Source: a virus (Duplodnaviria > Caudoviricetes). From it: a stretch of DNA of 32,875 nucleotides. The notes under the pieces were generated by a model. That model saw nothing but the letters and a program-made list of their open reading frames with translations. It was not told the DNA's origin and ran no database searches. Of the stretch, positions 18,321 to 26,736 are shown piece after piece. The translations under genes and the position numbers were made by a program. The stretch spans positions 1-32,875 of IMG/VR virus record IMGVR_UViG_3300032225_002522; one strand, written 5' to 3'. Position 1 is the stretch's first letter; every line of letters starts with the position of its first letter.

Positions 18321-18830
18321 TCAAGATCTTACGAGAGGGATCATATAGGACGACCCCGAGGTCCGGTCGAACAAACGCTCAAGGAGCGCGTTCACTTTTG
18401 TCAAACTTGGCAACTGAGTGGAAGTTCCTGTTGGAGCATACTCAGTTTCGATGACGTCAATCTTCTCGCGCACAATTTCACGTCCATCGCCATTTGGCAT
18501 TGGATCGTTGCCGGAGTGGATCTCGTACACGAGCTGGGCAAGTGCTTTGCGAAGCGTCACAGGTATCTCGTCTTCCTCAACAGCAAATCCGTCGACAAAT
18601 GCGTCAGACCTTGGCCACTGCAGAGCCTGAGCCTTTGTCAGCTTGGCACCTGAGAATGAGGCATAGAGGCTCTCGATATACTCCATCGCCTTGTTGGCAA
18701 GAATCTCGAGTGCGGGTTCCTCCGAAGGAAGTGTATACCCTTGTGACTCGCAGTAAGCGACGATGTACTCAAGATCAGCGTATGACGTAGCATCGCTTTT
18801 CCCAGTTCCATCTTCAACGACGACAGCCAT
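18321..18830 (-). CDS. Head-tail adaptor (DnaT-like family)
   Basis: VVEDGTG..ATSYA..QALQWPR..IP..EKIDVIETEY motifs. Confidence 0.8.
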   Translation of the reverse strand: MAVVVEDGTGKSDATSYADLEYIVAYCESQGYTLPSEEPALEILANKAMEYIESLYASFSGAKLTKAQALQWPRSDAFVDGFAVEEDEIPVTLRKALAQLVYEIHSGNDPMPNGDGREIVREKIDVIETEYAPTGTSTQLPSLTKVNALLERLFDRTSGSSYMIPLVRS

Positions 18831-18835
18831 AACAG

Positions 18836-19039
18836 TTATTCAAGGAGGGAAAGGTTTGGGTCTTCAGGCGCAGCACCAACAACATTGATGACGATGCTAT
18901 CACCCTTGCCACGCTTGGCGACGATTTCGTGCACTTTCTGTGCAATCTTGGCCACATCGGCTTCAGAACGGACGCTGATGTTGACAATGACCCGCTTCTC
19001 CAAGGGTCTCTTCGGTTTCTTTGTTGTGACTCCTACCAT
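18836..19039 (-). CDS. Hypothetical protein (67 aa)
   Basis: Probable start MVGVTTKK; fills the gap between the capsid and adaptor genes. Confidence 0.55.
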   Translation of the reverse strand: MVGVTTKKPKRPLEKRVIVNISVRSEADVAKIAQKVHEIVAKRGKGDSIVINVVGAAPEDPNLSLLE

Positions 19040-19070
19040 AACTTGTTGAACCAGCTCTTCCTTTTTGTGA

Positions 19071-19103
19071 GAGCTCGGTGGTGAGCATAAAACCACCGAG
19101 CTC
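19071..19103. other. Perfect 12-bp inverted repeat downstream of the capsid gene (RNA hairpin)
   Basis: GAGCTCGGTGGT (19071-19082), 9-nt loop, ACCACCGAGCTC (19092-19103); no U-tract on the coding strand. Confidence 0.75.
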
Positions 19104-19130
19104 AATAACAAACGAACAAACAACCGAAGA

Positions 19131-20171
19131 TCAACCGTTGACGAGAACGCGCACAATGCGAGTTTCCTTCACATCGGTGTAGGCAGTTTCCCAAGCATTC
19201 ACCGTAGCGAGCTGCGCATTGGTAGGTCCGCCGCCAGCGATGGTAAGATCAGGGTTCGGTCCGGTTGTGGTCCAGACAGTTCCGTTGATGTGGCAGACAG
19301 CCACCACACGATCGTACAGTGCTTTGCGCAGGTTCGGGATGTCCGAATCATAGGCGAGCGAGCTGGAGGTTGTGCCATCCGTGCCTTGCGACGCGAAGTT
19401 GAACACAACAGTTCCAGGAGCTGCGATACAGACCGGATAGACGTACCCGTTGGTGGTCCCAGCACGAACCAAGCGGTCGTCAACGACAAGGCGCAGGCCT
19501 TTCCAAGTCAGGTAGGGAATACCGTTCTCAGAAGGCTTGAAGATGTCAAGCTCGTCAAGCTTCTTGAGGTTGGTGCGAACGCGGCTGTGCATGGTGATGA
19601 TACCACCAACAAGGTCGTCTTCCTTGATGCCGAGCAAACCAGTGGTGTCGTGGAACATGTCCGCGTCCAGGTAGACGTTGTCTGCTGGTGTACCAGCAGC
19701 TGCTTCGTTCACATCGTTGTCAAAGGTGAGACCAGCGAAGTCCGCACTGTTGAAGACACCGTTCAGAACGTTGATGAGAGCATCTTCAGCACCGTCAAGA
19801 CGGACATTCAGAATGCGATCAACGATATAGGCGAACGGATCGATGCCGGTCTTGGCAGCCGAGAACGCGTCACGTCCCCAAGCCTTCTCACGATACATGA
19901 CAGGCGCGGTTTGGCGACCCGAAGTTATGTTACTCGGTGTGGGAGGTGTCCCCGGATTCTGGAGCGTATAGCCACCAGTGAGAGGGGAGATCAGCGGGAT
20001 TTCAACTTTCGTTGCACCGTCTTCAAGAGCGCGGTTTGCGAAGTTGCGAGCATCTTTCAACACGAGTGGCGAGTTGAAGATTGTGTTCATGCGTGGTTGA
20101 CGCTCCTGCAATGCAGCAAGAAGCAGTTCAACGGGTGCGTGTGCCAGATCGGCGGCGGTGGTATGTGCCAT
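19131..20171 (-). CDS. Major capsid protein
   Basis: 346 aa, follows the scaffold gene; REKAWG..D, ITMHSRV..L, WKGLRLVVDD (SPP1 gp13-like pattern). Confidence 0.85.
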   Translation of the reverse strand: MAHTTAADLAHAPVELLLAALQERQPRMNTIFNSPLVLKDARNFANRALEDGATKVEIPLISPLTGGYTLQNPGTPPTPSNITSGRQTAPVMYREKAWGRDAFSAAKTGIDPFAYIVDRILNVRLDGAEDALINVLNGVFNSADFAGLTFDNDVNEAAAGTPADNVYLDADMFHDTTGLLGIKEDDLVGGIITMHSRVRTNLKKLDELDIFKPSENGIPYLTWKGLRLVVDDRLVRAGTTNGYVYPVCIAAPGTVVFNFASQGTDGTTSSSLAYDSDIPNLRKALYDRVVAVCHINGTVWTTTGPNPDLTIAGGGPTNAQLATVNAWETAYTDVKETRIVRVLVNG

Positions 20172-20202
20172 AGTGGTGTTGTGTTATTGGTGTTGATTGA
20201 GA

Positions 20203-20967
20203 TTACTCAGGAATTTGATACTCTTCACGAATGCGTGAAACAAGTGTCGGATCTTCTTTTGACGCTTGGTGAACCTTCGTCCAATTGACACTTCCGTCAG
20301 TATTCTTGAAGTCTTTCGAGCCAACAGAGGATCCCCCTCCTTGACCTGACCCGCCGGATCCCCCGCCAGAGCCTTTCGACGCTACCAGGATAGGTGCAAA
20401 ATCCTTGTTTGCAAAGAATTCTTTTTTCAAATCATCGAGTGACGAGGCTGACGGTTTGCCGTCCTTGTCAAGGACTCGCACCTTCACTTCGCCATCCACC
20501 TCTTCGAGCGTCAAACGAGCCTTGATGTGGGGAAGGATGAGGGAAGGCGATTGGCTCAAGGAGGCGGCAAGCTCTGTCGCAGCATTGTCCACCAACAGCT
20601 TCTGGAGCTGTGCAGCTTTCTTCTCAATGATCTCATTGAGCTCGGTTTCCCTATCCTGAAGTTTCTTCCTCCAGCTTTTCTCGAGAGCTTCAACGTCACC
20701 GCTCTTGCGCTTGCCATCGTCGTCCTCCTCCTGCTTCTGCTTCTTGATGTCAGCAAGTTCCTTCTTGAGAGCCTTTGCAGCGTCCCGCTCTTTTGCCAAT
20801 GCCGCTTTCAGCGCAGCATCATCGCGCTTGCCGTCGTCATCGTCATCGTCCTCCAGGTCGAGTTCGTACGTCTCCTCAGCTCCATCCTTGCCGTCCACCT
20901 TTTTGTAGAGTGCTTGCAAGGCTGCTTCCAATGCCGTAAAGGCTGTCTTGTTCAATTTCTTTTTCAT
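20203..20967 (-). CDS. Capsid scaffolding protein
   Basis: Charged coiled coil, LPHIKARL..VRVLDKDGKPSA and a Gly/Ser linker; upstream of the capsid gene. Confidence 0.8.
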   Translation of the reverse strand: MKKKLNKTAFTALEAALQALYKKVDGKDGAEETYELDLEDDDDDDGKRDDAALKAALAKERDAAKALKKELADIKKQKQEEDDDGKRKSGDVEALEKSWRKKLQDRETELNEIIEKKAAQLQKLLVDNAATELAASLSQSPSLILPHIKARLTLEEVDGEVKVRVLDKDGKPSASSLDDLKKEFFANKDFAPILVASKGSGGGSGGSGQGGGSSVGSKDFKNTDGSVNWTKVHQASKEDPTLVSRIREEYQIPE

Positions 20968-21009
20968 AATACTCTGTTTGTTCGTTTGTTGTTGTTTTCA
21001 GTTAGTTGG

Positions 21010-21258
21010 TTACTTGATTTTACCTTCACGTCTGATCAAGTGGCTTTCTTTGACCAAATCCCGGTGCTTCTTGCCCTTGATCCGTTTGACGCCTTGTGGC
21101 TGAACAGGCTGATCAGCTTCTTCAGGCGGCTGCTCTTCAGAGGACTCTTCGTCTTGATCAGATTGTTTCAGGACGTACTTCGCCCCCTTCTTCTCATACT
21201 TGGCTTGCTCGGACTCTTCCAGTGCTTTGTACTCTTTCGCTGTCAATGTGTCTTCCAT
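21010..21258 (-). CDS. Hypothetical highly charged protein (82 aa)
   Basis: ORF with a C/A-rich leader within the head module. Confidence 0.6.
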   Translation of the reverse strand: MEDTLTAKEYKALEESEQAKYEKKGAKYVLKQSDQDEESSEEQPPEEADQPVQPQGVKRIKGKKHRDLVKESHLIRREGKIK

Positions 21259-21271
21259 ATTGGTGTTGTTT

Positions 21272-22363
21272 TCAGTTTTGCTTTTGCAGTTTCTCCTTCA
21301 AATCTTTGAGGGAGATCGGTGTGAAATTCCTTCCCAGATTCAAACGAGCAAATTCTTTGGCATCAATCTTGCCACTCAAGAAGATCTCCGCTTTGCCGAC
21401 ACCGATGGCATCTTCAACAAAGGGTTTCGGTTGCGTCTTGAGCCATTCGTAGTAGGTCGTCTTGGAAGTGATCAGCCCTGTCGCGGAAGACCTTGTGGCA
21501 CCAACGTCCAGGAAATCGAATTGGCTACCGAGGTCGGGTATCGTTGTGCTCCTGCAATTGATGTGTATCGGTGGCATCGGTCCTCTGCCCATTTTGAACT
21601 TCTGTCCGTCGAGGCTTTTGCACGTGTCCGATGTAACACCGTCCAGCGTGCTGACCCAGATGTACCCTTTGACCACACTGGGGTTGTCTTCCCAAGTCTT
21701 CATCCTTGCTGAGTTGGCAACATGCTGCATCGATGTCCGAACAACCGCTTCCGCTTGCCGCTTGTCAATGTTCTTGACGAGACCATCCTTGAACTTGTTC
21801 GCCTTTGTGCCACGTAGGTCTTTGACAAGCTCACCGATGGTCCTGCCCTGTGCCCATCCAGTAGCGATAGCACCGTTCACACGCTTGACCGCTGCTTTGC
21901 TGTAGTTGTCTATGAACCCCTCCAGCAGCTCTCCTGTGGCTTGTATTGGGGTATTCTTCACAGCTTTCCACGCGGTTGTAGCGTTCGGTGCATAGATCTT
22001 TCCCTTGATGGCGACTTGCTGTGCAAATCCGGTGATGACATCGGACTCCCGAACCGCTGCAAACTCTGCAACCTGCGAGAAGGATTCGTTCAGTTCTTTA
22101 AAGTAATTGCCATGGATCGAGAGAATCGTTTTCTGCACGTCACGCTGTAGTGCTTGCAGCTCGGCACGCTTCAGATCAGACAACGCACCAAAGTCGGGAG
22201 ACATTAGAAGTTTGGCAACCTCTTCGTAAACAGCATCGACCATCTTCGCTGATTTGGAAACCTCCAAGCTCTTCAACTTTTCAAGGTATATTTGTTGACG
22301 CACTGCTTCATCCCAGAGTTTCTGGGCAGCAGATTTGCGTACACTCTTGGGTGGTCTTGCCAT
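21272..22363 (-). CDS. Minor head protein, SPP1 gp7 / MuF-like
   Basis: WVSTLDGVTSDTCKSLDG..PPIHINCRSTT motif. Confidence 0.9.
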   Translation of the reverse strand: MARPPKSVRKSAAQKLWDEAVRQQIYLEKLKSLEVSKSAKMVDAVYEEVAKLLMSPDFGALSDLKRAELQALQRDVQKTILSIHGNYFKELNESFSQVAEFAAVRESDVITGFAQQVAIKGKIYAPNATTAWKAVKNTPIQATGELLEGFIDNYSKAAVKRVNGAIATGWAQGRTIGELVKDLRGTKANKFKDGLVKNIDKRQAEAVVRTSMQHVANSARMKTWEDNPSVVKGYIWVSTLDGVTSDTCKSLDGQKFKMGRGPMPPIHINCRSTTIPDLGSQFDFLDVGATRSSATGLITSKTTYYEWLKTQPKPFVEDAIGVGKAEIFLSGKIDAKEFARLNLGRNFTPISLKDLKEKLQKQN

Positions 22364-23865
22364 TACTGTTGTGCAGCGGGATCGCTGCTTCTTGGTTGTG
22401 GTGGCACTGTATCAGGGACAATGTTGTTCGGATCAGAATCAATCTCATCCTTGGCCATCTCGTCGTCTTGGAAAGCCACACCCGCTGTCTTAAGTCCGGT
22501 GCGCAGCTCTGTAAACGAGATCACCTTGGAACTGTATTCCTTCAGCAGCTGAGCACGATCTTGTGATGTCATCACAGCATTATCGAAATCGTTTGACAGC
22601 TCGAACAGAATCCGGTCTTGCTTGCTGCCATCTTGCTGAGCCACTACTCCTTGTTCTTCCCCGACAAAGTCCCCAGCGATTTCGAGAGCCTTCGTGATAC
22701 CAAGACTCACGTTGTCCGCAGCGGCGGAGAGAACACTCGTTTTTGCGCTCTCGTTGAAACCTGCTTCGGTAGCAGTTTGCTGGGTATCCCGTTGCTCCAC
22801 CAAAGTGGCACCGAGAGCCGCCATTTGCTTTTCCTTGCGATCCATCGCTTCCTTGGCTAGGATGTTCGGCTGCACTTGGTGCAACTCACAAGATGCGTCC
22901 TTCGGCAAGGCGATGGCAGTACGACTGCCAAAGCGGATGCCCTTTGACTTCCAGACATCCGTGATCCAGTCTTTGGTAATGCCGGAAAGGGTCAACTGTG
23001 GTTGTCCCATGATGTGGACCGCTTCTTCGTAGTCCGCACTGTTTTGGTAGTGTCCGATGTTGAGGTCAGCAATGTCAAGCAAGGGTGGCTTGTCAACCGT
23101 GGGGTCATTGGTCTTTGCACCGATGAAGATGAACGGTATGTATTTGAACGCTTCCCCTTTTGAGTTGGTCGGTATGACCTGCTCGGCAACTGTAAAGCCG
23201 CCACCACTTTCCTTGCGATGCACCTCCATGACGAAGACGCCATCTCTCAGCAACAAGACACGATATTGATACTCCGATGAAGATCCGAAACCTCCTTCGT
23301 CGTAAGTGACATGATTCTCACGCAAGACAACCATTGACAACTCAAGGTCGGAACCATTTTCCTGTACCCGCCAATTGATGATGTCAAACTTGTTGTAGAA
23401 AACCATCTTTGGTCGCACAGATCCATCGCTGACGTCCTTGCGTGTGGTGACCTCGTCACCTCTTTTTGGGAAGTCAACAAGGATACCTGCTCTTCCACAA
23501 GACATCACCTCGAACAGCATCTTCTTGGAAAACTGATCAAGGTCGTTACCTTTGCCGTCGCAGTTCTTTGACAAGGGTTCAAGGAGTGTGGGGATCGCCT
23601 TGTTGGTTGGCTTAGAGAATACCAAACCGACTGAACCTTCCGCTGTCTGCGCTGTTGCTCCGTACCAAACAGCTTTCTGCTTGTACGCTGCGTAACGCTG
23701 AATCCCCGCTTCAGACACATCGGACGGATCAGGGTTTGGTAAGTAAGTGGTGCCCTTCGCTTTCACAGCGTCGGACCCTTCAATGACATCGGTCACCCGT
23801 GTCCACTTTGTGAGATTGATCTCGTACTCGAGACATGGTGTTTCAACGGTTGCTTTATCGCTCAT
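22363..23865 (-). CDS. Portal protein (DUF4055-like)
   Basis: VKAKGTTYLP..RYAAY..A, GRAGILVD, IINWR, IPF, PPLLDIADLNIGHYQNSADYE, TATEA; ATGA overlap with terL. Confidence 0.9.
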   Translation of the reverse strand: MSDKATVETPCLEYEINLTKWTRVTDVIEGSDAVKAKGTTYLPNPDPSDVSEAGIQRYAAYKQKAVWYGATAQTAEGSVGLVFSKPTNKAIPTLLEPLSKNCDGKGNDLDQFSKKMLFEVMSCGRAGILVDFPKRGDEVTTRKDVSDGSVRPKMVFYNKFDIINWRVQENGSDLELSMVVLRENHVTYDEGGFGSSSEYQYRVLLLRDGVFVMEVHRKESGGGFTVAEQVIPTNSKGEAFKYIPFIFIGAKTNDPTVDKPPLLDIADLNIGHYQNSADYEEAVHIMGQPQLTLSGITKDWITDVWKSKGIRFGSRTAIALPKDASCELHQVQPNILAKEAMDRKEKQMAALGATLVEQRDTQQTATEAGFNESAKTSVLSAAADNVSLGITKALEIAGDFVGEEQGVVAQQDGSKQDRILFELSNDFDNAVMTSQDRAQLLKEYSSKVISFTELRTGLKTAGVAFQDDEMAKDEIDSDPNNIVPDTVPPQPRSSDPAAQQ

Positions 23866-25382
23866 ACAAATTGTGTTTCGATTGAAGTTGCAAAGTCTTT
23901 TGCTGAGCTGAGACAACGGTATCGAACCTCGTCATAGACATGGTCTTCTGCAGTGGTATCGATGTCATCCGGATCGTCTTCATCCCTTGGCAATACTGGT
24001 AACGTAGTTATACATGCCTCGCAATTGTCCATAAAGTAAAGACCAGGACGTTCGTAAGTAACTGATCCCCCTTCGTCTGAAGTACCGAGTGCATTCTCAA
24101 GTGCATCCCTCAGTAACTGAAGACCAACCTTGCGAGACCCAGGACGCTTGTCCGACTTGGTCCATGTCACGCCTTCTTGCTCCATGATAGAAGCGATGGA
24201 GTTGGACTCGGTTTCCTGAACAGCGAATATCTGGTTGTCCGCAGGTCCTGGTCGAACATGACTTGAAATCCATGCTTGACGACGCAACATTTCTTCCCGT
24301 TTCAGAATACCAAGAGCTACGTTTCTTGCGGACATTTTCAAACCTTTGTTTGTCCCAATCTCTTCGCTACCGTACCATTCAGCGAAGCGAAACAGACTCC
24401 CTCTGACCGGAGCCCACTTCCTTCCGTTTGGCATTGTGACCTCCTCACCATCCGCTTCTGCCCAGAAACCAACAGAGAACGGGTGGGTGCTGCCCCAGTC
24501 CATGCTGCGATCAAGCCGCCAACCCTTTGGCACTTTGAAGCGTGGTACAACATGAACTGCTCTGTTCCAAACTCCTTCCAGAGCTCCACCAGCGTCGATG
24601 TCCCAGTCACCCTTGAGCCACGCACGACGTTTGTTCTCATCCTTAATGCTGTCAAGCTCAAGCACATACTCCGGTGAGAGGAATCGATTCTCTTTGTAGC
24701 TACCGAACAAGTGGCATTGCGTCTTTGTGATGTTCTCTTCTTGTGCTGTCTGAGGATTAAAGACCTTCTTTGTGATACGATGCACTGTACCAGGTCTGGA
24801 AGTGTCAATGAACCGACGCTTGACCCATATGTGACCTGGTCCGTGTGGGTTTGTAGTAGAGAAGACAACAAGTGGTATCGGATCAAGTGGCTCCGAAAGG
24901 TTTGGGCTGTGCTCCAGAGGCAAGAAAGATGATCGGTTACAGGACATCATCATGTCATACAGCTCAGATGTAGGGTTCTTGGTAAGCTCGTTCCATCCGA
25001 TGAAAGGGTACTCGTGTCCATGGTAATTCTCGTAGCTCTTGATATCCTTCATGTGTCTGAACAACAGGCTCTCTCCCGTTGGCCATACCCACCGGAGACC
25101 ATCACCTTTGATGAACCTTGCCCCATCTCTGAACTGTGGGAACCAGCGTTGGCTCTTCTTGATCAAATCGTCCAACATCTTGTACGTCCTGTCAAAGATA
25201 ACACCTGTCCAGAACTGTCCGTACCCTTGCCCTACAAACCTGCGGAAGTACATTAGCTGTGCGTCCGTTTTGCCTGGTCCTCGGGAGCCGTGGTAGAGGA
25301 TGTGGTTTGCCGGACAAGACAGAGCTAGTTGCTGGGAACCAGGAAGGGGTTGCCACACAACTCTTGGTTTCTTTTGTGTCAT
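23862..25382 (-). CDS. terL: Terminase large subunit
   Basis: Walker A GSRGPGKT, YHGHEYPFIGWNELT, TTNPHGPG, RSMDWG and DHVYDEVRY nuclease motifs. Confidence 0.95.
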   Translation of the reverse strand: MTQKKPRVVWQPLPGSQQLALSCPANHILYHGSRGPGKTDAQLMYFRRFVGQGYGQFWTGVIFDRTYKMLDDLIKKSQRWFPQFRDGARFIKGDGLRWVWPTGESLLFRHMKDIKSYENYHGHEYPFIGWNELTKNPTSELYDMMMSCNRSSFLPLEHSPNLSEPLDPIPLVVFSTTNPHGPGHIWVKRRFIDTSRPGTVHRITKKVFNPQTAQEENITKTQCHLFGSYKENRFLSPEYVLELDSIKDENKRRAWLKGDWDIDAGGALEGVWNRAVHVVPRFKVPKGWRLDRSMDWGSTHPFSVGFWAEADGEEVTMPNGRKWAPVRGSLFRFAEWYGSEEIGTNKGLKMSARNVALGILKREEMLRRQAWISSHVRPGPADNQIFAVQETESNSIASIMEQEGVTWTKSDKRPGSRKVGLQLLRDALENALGTSDEGGSVTYERPGLYFMDNCEACITTLPVLPRDEDDPDDIDTTAEDHVYDEVRYRCLSSAKDFATSIETQFV

Positions 25383-25960
25383 GCGTTCTCCTGTAGTTTG
25401 CGCTGTGCCTCAGAAGCCTTCTTCTCCCAACTTTCCGGCGAATCCATCGGGGCGACGAGCATAACACCGCCATTGACAACCGATATGCTTGTTGACTCAT
25501 CTTGTCCCTCCAGCTTAAGATGCTTGGCTAGGATTTGTTGTGCTTTGACCCGTGCCAGTGGGTTGGAAAACGGTGTCTTGTCCGTTGCTTCCTGGTAGAT
25601 CCAAGCCAGTACGGTATCTTGGGTAAGCACATTCTGCGTTTTGAAGTTCTGCATCCGGTGCCGTATGAAACGTTGGACAAGAGGGTGTGTCATATACTGC
25701 TTCACAAGAGCTCTACAAGCTTCTGGATCAACACCAAGACGCAACAAGGCTTTTCTTGCGTCAAAGTCAAACATGTACTCCGATGAAAACAACATAGCAC
25801 AAGCCTCTGCATGGGTTTGCTGCTCAAAAGACCACAACAAAGGATGATCCGTTGGAAGTGACCAATCGTCATCCGAAATTGACGATGACATTGTGAGGTA
25901 CGTGTCGTCGTCACTACCCCAAGAAGCTGTCAACCCTTCCAAGTTACCCTGTGTGTTCAT
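25379..25960 (-). CDS. terS: Terminase small subunit
   Basis: EYMFDFDARKALLRLG HTH-like segment and RVKAQQILAKHL; directly upstream of and overlapping terL. Confidence 0.8.
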   Translation of the reverse strand: MNTQGNLEGLTASWGSDDDTYLTMSSSISDDDWSLPTDHPLLWSFEQQTHAEACAMLFSSEYMFDFDARKALLRLGVDPEACRALVKQYMTHPLVQRFIRHRMQNFKTQNVLTQDTVLAWIYQEATDKTPFSNPLARVKAQQILAKHLKLEGQDESTSISVVNGGVMLVAPMDSPESWEKKASEAQRKLQENA

Positions 25961-26205
25961 GCTTTCTCACGCTTCATGCGCCTTTTTTGTTTCCTCATAT
26001 AGCGCACCAAAGCCACTTCCACATGCTCCCGCTGTGTCTTTTTGGTTTCAAGACTGAGCGCGCGAAGATCTTTTGCCACTTGTTCTGACAAGCGGAAGTT
26101 GACAAGCACGAATGCTTGAGCACTTCCAACAGAACCGTCTCCGTATTTACCATTACGATGAGGTCCTTTCTTCCAGAGGTGAGCAGTATTTGTGTTGTCC
26201 GCCAT
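25957..26205 (-). CDS. Ribbon-helix-helix DNA-binding protein
   Basis: VLVNFRLSEQVAKDLRALSLETKKTQREHVEVALVRY (beta-alpha-alpha pattern); first gene of the leftward operon. Confidence 0.65.
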   Translation of the reverse strand: MADNTNTAHLWKKGPHRNGKYGDGSVGSAQAFVLVNFRLSEQVAKDLRALSLETKKTQREHVEVALVRYMRKQKRRMKREKA

Positions 26206-26736
26206 ACCATTAAGTGTTTACTCTCGTCAATACTAACTGTAAAGCGAAATACCGGACTGAACAATACTACAACTCCTATCTATCATAACCCAAAGAACCC
26301 TCTCAGTTGACAACTGTCTCTATACGATATGACAAAAAGAAATCCATAAAACCGCTCAACACCACCCACTTCTTTGCTCGTGCTCGAAAACTCTCTCGAA
26401 TAGGGCTTTTAACTAAAACTATTCACTTTTCATTATTATTTTTCCATCCCAATTCACTTTTATTGAAACATCGAGCAAACTTAAATACCAAAATACTTGT
26501 GCTTAGTATGATCTTCATTCCCAGTCGGTAAGTATCATTTTGTCATCTCTGGAGCTTTTTACTCATAAACAAGATTTTGATACTTTAATATTTTCCCAAT
26601 TTTCACAGATTTATCACAACGAGCACGCACTTTGTCGCGATAGGTTTCTGGAAAAATACAATCGATCAAGTATCTTTTTCGCTTTACAAATCTTTCAAGA
26701 CAGGGCAATGTGGCCAAGCACCAACCACGTCCACAA
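26206..26736. promoter_or_regulatory. AT-rich divergent control region (late arm / replication arm)
   Basis: No convincing ORF. TTCGCTTTAC on the minus strand at 26239-26248 and on the plus strand at 26678-26687 (TTTACA-17-CAATGT); ATTCACTTTT direct repeat at 26421 and 26452. Confidence 0.7.

Noticed and set aside
19290-20288. Long antisense ORFs, e.g. 332 aa opposite the capsid gene
   Set aside because: Shadow frames of strongly supported genes, with no recognisable motifs.
24985-25005. TerL Walker B reading GWNE rather than DE, suggesting an inactive ATPase
   Set aside because: All other motifs are intact and I recall this variant in related terminases; it is not evidence of decay.
26307-26335. 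Perfect TTGACA hexamer
   Set aside because: No acceptable -10 element at 16-18 nt spacing.
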